Source of the DNA: Candidatus Omnitrophota bacterium
GTDB taxonomy: Bacteria; Omnitrophota; Gorgyraeia; Velamenicoccales; JABMQK01
Direction of reading: 5' to 3'
Assembly: GCA_028711115.1 (NCBI GenBank)
Contig: JAQTSV010000001.1
Coordinates: 134,032 to 198,031, forward strand
Length of the DNA: 64,000 bases
Made by a program: the position numbers and the translations under genes. Positions within the stretch are counted from its first letter, which is position 1. Each line of letters opens with the position of its first letter. Below, in pieces: positions 1-9,468 of the stretch. Under the pieces are notes generated by a model. The model did no database searches, was not told the DNA's origin, and saw only the letters and a list, made by a program, of their open reading frames with translations.

Positions 1-11
1 AGGTGTCAAAA

Positions 12-980
12 ATGAAAAAAAATATTTTGTTGTGTTGTGTCTTTTTTGTGCTGATTATTGCCGGTAATGTGTTTGCTGATACTTTATATTTAAAAAACGG
101 GAATCAGGTCACAGGCACAATGATAATGCAGGACGACGAAAAGGTGCTATTCAGAATCGGTGAAGGCCAGGATGCAGTAGAGATCACTTTTTTTAAGGAT
201 GAGATATCGCGCATAGAAAAACAGGAAATTCCCAACTTTGTCACACCGCCTTCTGCAGAGGAAAAAACACAACCCCTGCCTCTTGCTCAGCCAGTTGCTA
301 AAGAACAGGCACCTGTCGAGAAAACCGCTGAAGTAGCTACTTCAGCGCAGACAGATAAACAAGATAATGCTGTCACTTCAGAATCTTTATACACAATGAC
401 GCCTATTGAGAAAGCTACTTTGGTAACTCCGCCGCCGCAGGCCACCGCGCTAGAACAGGAAATTGCACCAAAACCTTTGACAGAAGTTCCGGCGCAAAAG
501 ATTCAGCCGCCCGAAAAACAGCCCGAGATTCTGCCTCAAAAGACGAATCAAGCGGCTGTCCCGCCGGAGAGCAGTTTAGTGGCAGAGCTCGTCACACTTT
601 TGAATAAAGAAGAGATAGATTATTTTACCAATATCACTTCTCTGGTAAAAGATTCTATGACCAAAACAATGAGCCTGGCAGCTAATCCTGATAAATTTAT
701 GCAGGAACCGGATAAGCTGCCGCAGGCAATAATAGATATGTCATCGGAACTGGACAGCGTCATAAGACAGCTGAGTAATTCAAGCGTGCCCGAACAATTT
801 GTCAGGTTTCATAAAATTTATTTGAATAATCTGATTCTTATGAAGGGCATATTAACAGATATTTCCAAAGGCGATATTACCAATGCCCAGGCAAAAATAG
901 CAGATTTAAACAGCGCAAACGGGACAATACAGTCTGAATTAGAGGCAATACTTGCCGCAAAGAAGAACAAACAGCAGTAA
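12..980 (+). CDS. secreted hypothetical protein (signal-like N-terminus, small beta-rich module, Pro/Gln/Ala/Glu-rich linker, helical C-terminal part)
   Basis: ORF track 3..980 (GTG at 3). ATG at 12 gives MKKNILLCCVFFVLIIAGNVFA. Low-complexity P/Q/E/A middle. No family recognised. Upstream context is cut by the window edge. Confidence 0.6.
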   Translation: MKKNILLCCVFFVLIIAGNVFADTLYLKNGNQVTGTMIMQDDEKVLFRIGEGQDAVEITFFKDEISRIEKQEIPNFVTPPSAEEKTQPLPLAQPVAKEQAPVEKTAEVATSAQTDKQDNAVTSESLYTMTPIEKATLVTPPPQATALEQEIAPKPLTEVPAQKIQPPEKQPEILPQKTNQAAVPPESSLVAELVTLLNKEEIDYFTNITSLVKDSMTKTMSLAANPDKFMQEPDKLPQAIIDMSSELDSVIRQLSNSSVPEQFVRFHKIYLNNLILMKGILTDISKGDITNAQAKIADLNSANGTIQSELEAILAAKKNKQQ

Positions 981-983
981 GAC

Positions 984-1805
984 ATGAATATATCTCAAAT
1001 AGACTCCGGAATAATCTCCAATATAAAATTAGATAAGAATTATTATGTATTAAAGTTGGAAGCTCCGTCGATGTTTAAGGATGCACAGCCGGGGCAGTTC
1101 GTGCATGTAAGGACTTGTAATTGCGGTGAACCATTGCTGCGCCGGCCATTCAGTATCCATAAAATCACTCCGGCGAAAGCCAAATCTAGCCAACATAAGT
1201 TTGATCTGGATATTTTGTACGAGTTAAAAGGGAAAGGCACAGCTCTTCTTTCCCGGAAACAGGCCGGAGAGTACGTAAATATTTTAGGCCCTTTAGGAAA
1301 GGGGTTCGATTGTCAGGATTTGCATACCAAAGAAAAGACGCACATTCTCATTGCCGGAGGCATGGGGGTGGCGCCGTTATTATTTCTGGCACATAAGATA
1401 TCCCAGCACAGCAAAAATAAAATAATAGTTTTGATTGGCGCGGCAAACAGCCATAAAATACTCTGCGAAAAAGATTTCGAGGATTTGTCATGCCGGGTTC
1501 ATATAGCCACCGAAGACGGAAGCTGCGGATTCAAAGGTATGATTACGGCTTTCTTTGAAAAGAAATTATTGCCAAAGGCGAACCAGCCCATAAGTGTGTA
1601 TGCCTGCGGGCCGAAGGCTATGCTTACAAACTTGGCAAAAATTTGCATGATAAAAAAGATTCCCCTGCAGGTGTCTCTGGAGGAATTCATGGGTTGCGGC
1701 ATCGGTGCCTGTTTGGGCTGTGCCATTGAGACAAAGGCCGGTTTTAAAAGAGTCTGCCACGACGGCCCGGTATTTTGCGCAGAGGATATATCCTGGAAAT
1801 TTTAG
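984..1805 (+). CDS. pyrK: dihydroorotate dehydrogenase (type 1B) electron-transfer subunit
   Basis: FAD/NAD-binding ferredoxin-reductase-like layout (RPFSIH, GGMGVAPLLFLA). C-terminal 2Fe-2S cysteine cluster CGIGACLGCA...C. Sits upstream of pyrD. Confidence 0.85.
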   Translation: MNISQIDSGIISNIKLDKNYYVLKLEAPSMFKDAQPGQFVHVRTCNCGEPLLRRPFSIHKITPAKAKSSQHKFDLDILYELKGKGTALLSRKQAGEYVNILGPLGKGFDCQDLHTKEKTHILIAGGMGVAPLLFLAHKISQHSKNKIIVLIGAANSHKILCEKDFEDLSCRVHIATEDGSCGFKGMITAFFEKKLLPKANQPISVYACGPKAMLTNLAKICMIKKIPLQVSLEEFMGCGIGACLGCAIETKAGFKRVCHDGPVFCAEDISWKF

Positions 1806-1814
1806 GAGGAAGAT

Positions 1815-2174
1815 ATGACGCAAACTCTATATATAATTTTAGGAATGGTTGCGGGAATATGCGGCGGGATGTTTGGTATTGGCGGGGCAACGATTTTGGT
1901 CCCGGCAATGGTCTATATATTCGGGCTGACACAACACCAGGCGCAGGGAACGACCCTCGCGATTATGGTTCCGCCCATCGGGCTTTTGGCGGCGCTGCGT
2001 TATTATTATAGCGGCAACGTCAAATTAGGCATGGTTTTATTTGTCTGCCTGGGATTTTTTATCGGAGGTCTAATCGGCGCGCAGTTTGTTCAGAACATTC
2101 CGGATGCTTTTTTAAAAAAACTTTTTGGATTTTTTCTGCTGTTTGTTGCTGTGAGAATGATTATAGGAAAATGA
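1815..2174 (+). CDS. half-size TauE/SafE (DUF81)-like membrane protein
   Basis: 119 aa with about 4 predicted TM helices. Gly-rich GGMFGIGGATILVPAM motif is typical of the TauE/SafE family. SD GGAGGAAG lies upstream. Its stop overlaps the pyrD start (ATGA). Confidence 0.6.
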   Translation: MTQTLYIILGMVAGICGGMFGIGGATILVPAMVYIFGLTQHQAQGTTLAIMVPPIGLLAALRYYYSGNVKLGMVLFVCLGFFIGGLIGAQFVQNIPDAFLKKLFGFFLLFVAVRMIIGK

Positions 2175-3082
2175 AGATACAAACTACGGTAAATATCGGC
2201 AAGCTGGAATTGAAAAATCCTGTTTTGGTGGCTTCAGGCACTTTTGGCTATGCGCAGGAATTCAGCCCGTATATGGATTTAAAAGAATTGGGCGGGATTA
2301 TTACCAAGACAATTACCCTCGATGCGAAATCAGGCAACCCCGCACCGCGGATTGCAGAGACAGCCAGCGGTATGCTCAATGCTATTGGCCTGCAGAACGA
2401 AGGCATAGCCAAGTTCTTAAAAGATAAAATGCCTTATTTAAGAAAAATTAAAGTACCTGTAATAGTCAGTATCGGCGGAGACACCGGCGAGGAATACGTT
2501 AAATTAGCCAGGATACTGGAGAAGACAAAAGGGGTGGCTGCCCTGGAATTAAATATTTCCTGCCCCAATGTCAAAGGCAAAGAATGTCTGGTTTCACAGG
2601 ATAAAGAAGCTACATATCAATTGGTAAAACAGGTGCGCAGCTCAACTGATAAGACGATTATCACAAAACTTTCCCCCAATGTCACAGACATTGTAGAAAT
2701 TGCCCGGGCAGCCAAGGCTGCTGGTTCAGACGCTGTAAGTCTGGTAAATACATTTGTAGGTATGAGCATTAATGTTAGAACCAGGGCTCCTGTATTGGGT
2801 AACATTACCGGCGGATTAAGCGGACCGGCGATAAAGCCCATTGCGCTGCGCATGGTCTGGCAGGTAGCAAAAGATATTGATATTCCTGTAATAGGCATGG
2901 GAGGTATAATGACTGCCGATGATGCGGTGGAGTTTCTTATTGCCGGCGCAAGCGCAATATGCGTGGGCACGGCGAATTTAGTCAACCCTGCCGCGGCAGA
3001 CGATATACTCGCCGGATTAAAACAATATTTAATTCAAAACAAATTAAAAAATATCAAACATTTAATCGGCAGTCTGCAATAA
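2171..3082 (+). CDS. pyrD: dihydroorotate dehydrogenase B catalytic subunit
   Basis: Class 1B PyrD motifs: NPVLVASGTFGY, LNAIGLQNEG, ELNISCPN, GGLSGPAIKPIALRMV, IGMGGI. Confidence 0.9.
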   Translation: MKIQTTVNIGKLELKNPVLVASGTFGYAQEFSPYMDLKELGGIITKTITLDAKSGNPAPRIAETASGMLNAIGLQNEGIAKFLKDKMPYLRKIKVPVIVSIGGDTGEEYVKLARILEKTKGVAALELNISCPNVKGKECLVSQDKEATYQLVKQVRSSTDKTIITKLSPNVTDIVEIARAAKAAGSDAVSLVNTFVGMSINVRTRAPVLGNITGGLSGPAIKPIALRMVWQVAKDIDIPVIGMGGIMTADDAVEFLIAGASAICVGTANLVNPAAADDILAGLKQYLIQNKLKNIKHLIGSLQ

Positions 3083-3108
3083 TTGAAATTCCAAAAAGGA
3101 GATATGTA

Positions 3109-4296
3109 ATGAATTGGTTAAAAATTTATGTATTTGCCTCTTGTCTGGCAATAGCCTGTTCGTGTTTTTCCTCTAATATTTATGCCGAGACAATTAAATT
3201 GAAATCCGGTAAAATTATTACAGCGGATATTTCAGAAAAAAACGACGAGCAACTAAAGGTTAACGTGGACGGTGTTTCCGTGACATATTTTACGGATGAC
3301 GTGGAAACGATTGACGGCGCTCCTGCCAGCGAATATAACAAGCAAGCTGCGACGTCAGTTTCGGAAAACCAAAACCCGCAGGCCGGACAGGTTTCATCCG
3401 GCGCGCTGGAGAAAACATCACAGCAATTATTTACAGAGGCAGACCCGAAAAATAATAAGTTATTGGTTGTCTCGGTTTCGCTTGATTCCTCCTGGCAGAA
3501 ACTTCCCGATACAAACGACAAAGGCGGCATAAGGGCATCCACCACACACGAATTCACCAAAGAAGATATGTGGTTTTTTGTCCGTCTGCGCACACCGGGA
3601 GAAGCAGATTTACACACCTGGGTCAGCGATGAAATAAAGATGCAGCAGGAAAAAGGCATTATAATAGTTGAGCCGCTTAAAGAAATTCAATATGGCAGCC
3701 GCAAGTGGCTGCAGGTCCGCGCAGAAAGCCCGGACCAAAACAAAAATAATTTTATCATCATGAGTTATATTTCTTACGGCCCGTTATTACTGGAAGTAGG
3801 TTTTATGGGGCCTCAGGAAGAAGTAACAAGGGAGCTTTCTGCGGTTGAGGCCGCATTGGCGAATATCTCGCTGGGCGCATTATCCTCGCTGGACAGCGAT
3901 GCATACAGGGCTTGCACAAAAACAGACCTCGTCGGTACATGGGATATGGCAAGCCTTGAATCCGTGGTGCCTTATGAATATCCAGCGTATCAGCGGTCAA
4001 TTTTTTATGAAGATGACAAGATGAGGTATATCACCTCGAGCAGTTCTTTTGAGAGTGACCCGGCCTATCAAGCCTTGCTCTCAGCTCCTGTTACAACCAC
4101 CTATACGATAAAAGATGGCATTCTTATGCTCAACAAACAAGCCGTGCCGTATCCCGAGGTATATATCTGTCATTATTGCACCAAGGCCGTTGTCGACGAG
4201 AATAGTAAAGAACTGATTCATCCGGGAGACATTGTGGAAGTTATCCCCGGGCCAGAAGGCAGCGTTCAGGGCATAGTAGTTTTAAGGAAAAAATAA
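3109..4296 (+). CDS. secreted hypothetical protein
   Basis: ORF 2959..4296. The likely start is ATG 3109, preceded by AAAGGAGA. MNWLKIYVFASCLAIACSCF looks like a signal peptide. The N-terminal module resembles that of ORF 12..980. No family recognised. Confidence 0.6.
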   Translation: MNWLKIYVFASCLAIACSCFSSNIYAETIKLKSGKIITADISEKNDEQLKVNVDGVSVTYFTDDVETIDGAPASEYNKQAATSVSENQNPQAGQVSSGALEKTSQQLFTEADPKNNKLLVVSVSLDSSWQKLPDTNDKGGIRASTTHEFTKEDMWFFVRLRTPGEADLHTWVSDEIKMQQEKGIIIVEPLKEIQYGSRKWLQVRAESPDQNKNNFIIMSYISYGPLLLEVGFMGPQEEVTRELSAVEAALANISLGALSSLDSDAYRACTKTDLVGTWDMASLESVVPYEYPAYQRSIFYEDDKMRYITSSSSFESDPAYQALLSAPVTTTYTIKDGILMLNKQAVPYPEVYICHYCTKAVVDENSKELIHPGDIVEVIPGPEGSVQGIVVLRKK

Positions 4297-4329
4297 TTTT
4301 GTTGCGCAGATTTTTAAAGGATAATTCTT

Positions 4330-5016
4330 ATGAGTTGTATTGATAATAAAACTAAACTAATTGTCGCCTTGGACGTGGACACAGTCGACAAAGCAAAATA
4401 TTTTGTAGACAGGCTGTATCCCAGAGTAAAAATATTCAAAGTAGGATTACAGCTCTTTACGCTGGCAGGGCCGGGGATAATCCAGTGTATACACGCTAAA
4501 GGCGCAAAAGTTTTCTTGGATTTAAAGCTGTTTGATATACCCAATACCGTGGCCAATGCCTCCAGGGAAATGGTGCGGCTGGGCGTGGATATGTTTACAG
4601 TTCATGTGCAGGGCGGCCCAGATATGCTCAAACGCGCCAAAGACGCAGCAACAGAAGAATCGCACAAATTAGGCATAAAGCCGCCTCTGATTATCGGTGT
4701 AACAATATTAACTAGCGAAGGCAAGAAGACCAATATACCGGCCCGCGTTTTAAGTTTGGCAAAATTAGCAAAACAATGCGGGCTTAGCGGCGTAGTCTGC
4801 TCAGTCAATGAAGCAAAGGCAGTGAGGGAAAAATTAGGCAAGGATTTTATAATCGTTACTCCCGGCATAAGGCTGCCTACAGATAAAAAAGGAGACCAGA
4901 AACGGGTGGCAACTCCGGCACAGGCCATAAAGGCAGGCAGCAACTATTTAGTTGTAGGCAGGCCCATATTGGAAGCAGACGATCCGCTCGCGGCTTTAGA
5001 GCAGCTTTGTAAATAA
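4330..5016 (+). CDS. pyrF: orotidine 5'-phosphate decarboxylase
   Basis: LIVALDV, DLKLFDIPNT and a C-terminal VVGRPI motif are typical of PyrF. Confidence 0.9.
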   Translation: MSCIDNKTKLIVALDVDTVDKAKYFVDRLYPRVKIFKVGLQLFTLAGPGIIQCIHAKGAKVFLDLKLFDIPNTVANASREMVRLGVDMFTVHVQGGPDMLKRAKDAATEESHKLGIKPPLIIGVTILTSEGKKTNIPARVLSLAKLAKQCGLSGVVCSVNEAKAVREKLGKDFIIVTPGIRLPTDKKGDQKRVATPAQAIKAGSNYLVVGRPILEADDPLAALEQLCK

Positions 5017-5028
5017 AGGATAGAAAAA

Positions 5029-5343
5029 ATGGACTCAAAATTTGCCTTAGATAAAATTAAACAAGCAGAAAAAAAGGCGCAGGATATAATTGAACAGGCC
5101 AAAAAAGAGGCCCAGCACATTTTAAATACAGCCAAAACAGAAAAGGCGCGCATTATAGAAGATGCGCAAAAGCAGGCTGCCAGTGACAGCCAGAAACTAA
5201 AAATTAAAACACAACAAGAGGCGGAGCAAAAAGTGAGCGCAATCGAAAAACAGGCCAGCGAAGATATGCATAAATTGAAACAGAATGCGCAGGCCAATAT
5301 TGATAAGGCAGTAGAGCTTGTTAAAACCAAACTAGATTTGTAA
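5029..5343 (+). CDS. V/A-type ATPase peripheral-stalk subunit (G/H-like)
   Basis: 104-aa all-helical K/E/Q/A-rich protein, first gene of the V-ATPase operon. This position and composition match subunit G/H (NtpF-like). Confidence 0.55.
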   Translation: MDSKFALDKIKQAEKKAQDIIEQAKKEAQHILNTAKTEKARIIEDAQKQAASDSQKLKIKTQQEAEQKVSAIEKQASEDMHKLKQNAQANIDKAVELVKTKLDL

Positions 5344-5364
5344 TTTCATTTCATTCCCAATAAT

Positions 5365-7383
5365 ATGGCAATTGCAAAAATAAAAAAATTAGAGATTATA
5401 GGATTGTTGAAAGACAAAGAGAGCGTTCTGGATTTGTTGCAGAGATTAGCGGTTGTGCAGCTTCTGGAGGCGGAAAAACCAGACACTGCAGCAACTTCTG
5501 CCGCGCCCGGTAGCGACGTCAATCTTTTAGAAATCGAGGAATCGGTTTCCTACCTTGCCACTTTTCAGGAAAAGGCCGGTATGTTCGGCAATATGGTTAA
5601 ATTTAAGCCCACTCTTTACAAACAAAAGTTAAGAGAGGTTATGGATAATTTCGATTATCGTACATTTCTCGGCGAGCTGTCTAAATTGCGTAACCACTTA
5701 AAAAATCTTCTTCAGCACAGAGAACACCTGATGCAGGAAAAACACATGCTTGCTCCTTGGATTAAGTTAAAAATCCCACTGGAAGGATTGCATTCCACAG
5801 AGAGCTGCGGAATTTTATTGGGGTTGTTGCGCACCGACGATTACGAGAATCTGTCGAACAATTGCAAAAAAGAAAAAATCGATTTATTCTGCGAGGCAGT
5901 CAGCCAGGACGAGGCCAGCACTCACCTTATAATTTTTTATATCAAAGAACAATTCGAAAAAATAGAAGCCATTTTGAAAAACCACCATTTTAATTTTGTA
6001 ACGCTCGCCCGTCATAAAGGCACGGCAGAGGAAAGGTTGTTTGAGATAAACCGCGAAGTGATGATTTTGGACGACCAGCTAGAGGATACAAAAGATACAA
6101 TCAGAAAATTGTCACAGCAGATGTTTAAGCTTATGGTAGTGTATGATTATTTTTCCCGTATAAAAAATATAAAAGAGGCAGGCAGGGATTTAGCCACGCA
6201 GCAATTTACATTTATGCTTAAAGGCTGGGTTAAGCACAGAGACATAAGTTTATTGGAAAAAGAAATTAACTCTGACACCAAAGATATGGCCGTATTTATC
6301 TCTGAGCCCAAACCCGGAGAAGAAGTGCCGGTGGATTTGGAAAACCCGCCGCTTATACAGCCTTTTGAATTTATCACAAAAATATATGGCGCCCCCAAAT
6401 ACGGAGAGATAGATCCCACTCCGTATCTGGCGCCGTTTTTCTTTTTATACTTCGGTTTTTGTGTCTCAGACGCGGGTTACGGATTTGTTCTGGCTTTGTT
6501 TTGTCTTTTCATACTAAAAAAATTAAAGATGGGGCCGCAGGGTTTAAGATTTTTTAAATTATTTTTCTTATGCGGCATATCTACGATTATAGTGGGCGCA
6601 CTTACAGGCAGCTGGTTCGGCAATCTTTTTGATTTATTGGCAGATGGCAATAAATCATTCCTGCCGCTCAAACAATTTAAAGATGCTCTTATTATGCTGG
6701 ACCCTTTGAAGGAGCCGACCAAATTACTGGCCATTGCACTTTCCTTCGGAATAGTCCAGGTTTGGTTCGGTAACATCGTCGCAGCCATAGGCAACATAAA
6801 AAATAAACGTTATCTGGATGTAGCGCTCGACCAGGTTTCTATGCTTACATTGTTATTCGGCCTGACCGGGCTGGGGCTTGTTTTCTTAAAGCTGTTAGGC
6901 AACACTCATATTGCTTTATTTAAATATGCGGCGTCAGCTGGGGCATTGGCGCTTATTCTTACGCAGGGCCGTTCTGAAAAAGGCTGGGGCTCAAAACTTT
7001 TTTATGGCGGATACAATCTTTATAGCGCGCTCTCGGGTTATCTGAGCGACATATTATCCTACAGCCGTCTCTGGGCGCTGGGCCTGGTTACGGGCGTTAT
7101 GGCAAATACTATAAACCTTATCAGCATACAATTCAGCCAGATATTTACTTCTATTGTGCCGTTTATAGATAAGCTGGGATTTATCAAAGTTTTGGTCAGC
7201 AGTTTTATTTTAGTGGTTATTTTTTTATGCGGGCATCTGGTTTCTTTTTTGATGAATTTATTGGGGGCATTTGTGCATCCGCTGAGGCTTCAGTTTGTAG
7301 AATTCTTTTCCAAATTCTTTAAAAGCGGCGGAGTTTCATTTAGGCCATTTAAAGTGCAGACAAAATATATCAACTTTAATTAA
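5365..7383 (+). CDS. atpI: V/A-type ATP synthase subunit I (membrane a-subunit homolog)
   Basis: 672 aa with a soluble N-terminal half and a multi-TM C-terminal half. Contains the conserved YSRLWALG arginine motif. Operon context supports the call. Confidence 0.85.
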   Translation: MAIAKIKKLEIIGLLKDKESVLDLLQRLAVVQLLEAEKPDTAATSAAPGSDVNLLEIEESVSYLATFQEKAGMFGNMVKFKPTLYKQKLREVMDNFDYRTFLGELSKLRNHLKNLLQHREHLMQEKHMLAPWIKLKIPLEGLHSTESCGILLGLLRTDDYENLSNNCKKEKIDLFCEAVSQDEASTHLIIFYIKEQFEKIEAILKNHHFNFVTLARHKGTAEERLFEINREVMILDDQLEDTKDTIRKLSQQMFKLMVVYDYFSRIKNIKEAGRDLATQQFTFMLKGWVKHRDISLLEKEINSDTKDMAVFISEPKPGEEVPVDLENPPLIQPFEFITKIYGAPKYGEIDPTPYLAPFFFLYFGFCVSDAGYGFVLALFCLFILKKLKMGPQGLRFFKLFFLCGISTIIVGALTGSWFGNLFDLLADGNKSFLPLKQFKDALIMLDPLKEPTKLLAIALSFGIVQVWFGNIVAAIGNIKNKRYLDVALDQVSMLTLLFGLTGLGLVFLKLLGNTHIALFKYAASAGALALILTQGRSEKGWGSKLFYGGYNLYSALSGYLSDILSYSRLWALGLVTGVMANTINLISIQFSQIFTSIVPFIDKLGFIKVLVSSFILVVIFLCGHLVSFLMNLLGAFVHPLRLQFVEFFSKFFKSGGVSFRPFKVQTKYINFN

Positions 7384-7395
7384 AGGAGGTTTAAG

Positions 7396-7869
7396 ATGGA
7401 CGCAGGTTTGGCTTTTGCGATTGCAGGTACGGCAATAGTTATGGCGATATCAGGAGTGGGCTCGGCCATCGGAGTGGCTTTTGCAGGCCAGGCTGCCGGC
7501 GGGGTGATGACAGAAGATCCTGAAAAGTTCGGCCGCATGATTCCTCTTATCGGTATGCCCGGCACACAGGGTTTCTACGGTTTTCTTATCGGATTTTTGG
7601 TGTTAAACAAACTAAATCTTCTGGCAGCGGATGTGAAGATTCCTACGCTTGTTCAGGGCATAGAAATTTTTGCCATATGCGCAGTGGTGAGTTTGGTCGA
7701 GTCAATCTCGGCGGTGTGGCAGGGCAAGGTTGCAGTTGCCTCCATTTATATGGTGGCCAAAAAGCCGGAAGAGGCAGGTAAGGCACTGGTGTTGCCCATA
7801 TTCGTAGAAATTTACGCCATACTTGGTTTGGCCGCGGCATTTTTATTATTGCTGGCAGTAAAGATTTAA
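7396..7869 (+). CDS. atpK: V/A-type ATP synthase subunit K (duplicated 4-TM proteolipid)
   Basis: 157 aa, aligns by eye with Enterococcus hirae NtpK (PGTQGFYGF, WQGKVAVAS, FVEIYAILG). Confidence 0.85.
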   Translation: MDAGLAFAIAGTAIVMAISGVGSAIGVAFAGQAAGGVMTEDPEKFGRMIPLIGMPGTQGFYGFLIGFLVLNKLNLLAADVKIPTLVQGIEIFAICAVVSLVESISAVWQGKVAVASIYMVAKKPEEAGKALVLPIFVEIYAILGLAAAFLLLLAVKI

Positions 7870-7925
7870 TTCGCACAGATAACTTACGTCGCAATTTATG
7901 CTCCGTAAGTTAAACACTCATTAAT

Positions 7926-8336
7926 ATGTCATTAGAATCTATTTTAGACCATATTTTTAACGCAGCCGAAGCCCAAAAGCAGAGGATTATCCAGGAAGCC
8001 CAGAAAGAAAAAGACGGGATAATCCAGGAGGCAAAAAATGAGGCGGATAGTCTTTATCAGGAGATTATTGCCAGGGCAAAGACAGACTGCGAAAATCAAA
8101 GGCAGCGCCTCATTGTCAGCGCGCGCCTTAAGGTTAGGAAAAATCTGCTTTCAGCAAAACAGGAATTGATAGAGGCAGTATTTAATAAATTAAAGTCGAG
8201 CCTGCACGCCGGAAAACTTAAGAAAAAACAGATTTCTGCGGATGGAATTAAAGAAGTTCCAGAAGACATAGATTTCTATTTGGGGCAGTTGCGCCAGGAT
8301 TTTGAGACGCAGATAACAGATATTCTTTTTAAATGA
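7926..8336 (+). CDS. atpE: V/A-type ATP synthase subunit E (short form)
   Basis: Helical K/E/Q-rich N-terminus (QKQRIIQEAQKEKDGIIQEA) and operon position between K and C. At 136 aa it is shorter than a typical subunit E. Confidence 0.6.
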   Translation: MSLESILDHIFNAAEAQKQRIIQEAQKEKDGIIQEAKNEADSLYQEIIARAKTDCENQRQRLIVSARLKVRKNLLSAKQELIEAVFNKLKSSLHAGKLKKKQISADGIKEVPEDIDFYLGQLRQDFETQITDILFK

Positions 8337-9139
8337 AGACAAAGAGCGTATCCAATTTAGAGTATATTTTTGCCGTGGGCAGAATCCGCGCCCTGGAAAA
8401 TTTCCTGATTAAATCAGAGGTATTCGAGGAGGCCATAGAATCGGATTTAGGCGAAGCCCTGCGGCTGTTTGTGGAGGCGGACCTTTACAGCGAGGAACTC
8501 CTACATGTTAAAGACAGCCGGCAATTGGAAGATTTATTGGCACAGGAACTTTCCAAAGTAAAAAAACTCGTCAGCGAATTAATTTTGGATAAAGAACTCT
8601 TGAGGTTACTGGATTTAAATACAACAGAGTGCGCCGTGCATATCGTCAGAAATTATCCCAGCAAATTATTAAAGGATTATCTCCTGCATGTTATTGATAT
8701 GCACAACATAAAAAGTTTTTTAAGGCTTTATGTCTTAAAGGAACCGCGGGAAAAGCTGGAGACAGAGATATCCTGTGAAGGCTTTATCAGAAAGAAAGAT
8801 TTTCTGGAGCTCTACGATAAAGAATTGACAGCTTTTTTAAACAGATTAGAGTATGTGCACAAGGATTGCTGTACGCTGGATTATACTTATAGTTTAGGCC
8901 AGGCCATAGATAAGGCAGTCAGGGAAAATTCCTTTATCGCCCTGGAGAAATCGATGAATGATTTTTTAATCAATGTGTTAAAGGCGGCAAAATATCTGGG
9001 TTTTGGCCCGGAGCCGGTACTGGCATATTACTTTGCCAAAGCAAACGAGATAGGTCTCATACGCATGATTATATTGGCCAAACTAAATAACGTATCCGCT
9101 GAATTATTAAAGGAAAGGTTAAACAGCGTCTATGCTTAA
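8333..9139 (+). CDS. atpC: V/A-type ATP synthase subunit C (eukaryotic d homolog)
   Basis: 268-aa helical protein. N-terminal YIFAVGRIRALE motif is typical of subunit C. Operon position fits, and its start overlaps the subunit E stop. Confidence 0.7.
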   Translation: MKTKSVSNLEYIFAVGRIRALENFLIKSEVFEEAIESDLGEALRLFVEADLYSEELLHVKDSRQLEDLLAQELSKVKKLVSELILDKELLRLLDLNTTECAVHIVRNYPSKLLKDYLLHVIDMHNIKSFLRLYVLKEPREKLETEISCEGFIRKKDFLELYDKELTAFLNRLEYVHKDCCTLDYTYSLGQAIDKAVRENSFIALEKSMNDFLINVLKAAKYLGFGPEPVLAYYFAKANEIGLIRMIILAKLNNVSAELLKERLNSVYA

Positions 9140-9452
9140 AGAAACATCTTTGGAAAAAAAACTGGCAATAGCAGGACACGAAGATATAGTTACTGGATTT
9201 AAGGCCTTGGGTTTTAACGTATATCCGGTCAAAGAGGCAGAGGATTTTAAAAAAGCGCTGGAGGAAATCGTGCAGCAAAACAGCGCTGTCTGTCTGGTGC
9301 AGGATGATATTTATCGCGCCGCAGAAGCCGAGATTAACAATTATAAACATCTGGCGTTTCCGATTTTTATACCTTTTGCTAAAGATTTCAAAATGAATTC
9401 ATTAGATACAATAGTCAAAGATTTACGGCTCAGGGCAACAGGAACGTTTTAA
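9132..9452 (+). CDS. atpF: V/A-type ATP synthase subunit F
   Basis: 106 aa. KLAIAGHEDIVTGFKALGF motif and position directly before the A subunit. Confidence 0.75.
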   Translation: MLKETSLEKKLAIAGHEDIVTGFKALGFNVYPVKEAEDFKKALEEIVQQNSAVCLVQDDIYRAAEAEINNYKHLAFPIFIPFAKDFKMNSLDTIVKDLRLRATGTF

Positions 9453-9468
9453 AACGGAGAAACAATTT

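Noticed and set aside
2959-3108. N-terminal extensions offered by the ORF track (2959, 23659, 25925, 29776, 31748, 33656, 35142, 37370, 45409, 59823)
   Set aside because: Each extension overlaps the preceding gene or an intergenic hairpin. An internal ATG with an SD and/or a signal peptide or family-typical N-terminus gives a better start, so the coordinates were trimmed.
4944-5330. 128-aa antisense ORF opposite the V-ATPase G/H-like subunit, plus similar antisense ORFs across atpA/atpB, purH, comM and others in the track
   Set aside because: Each overlaps a confidently assigned gene on the other strand, has a low-complexity or hydrophobic composition, and matches no family motifs. They are treated as non-coding shadows.
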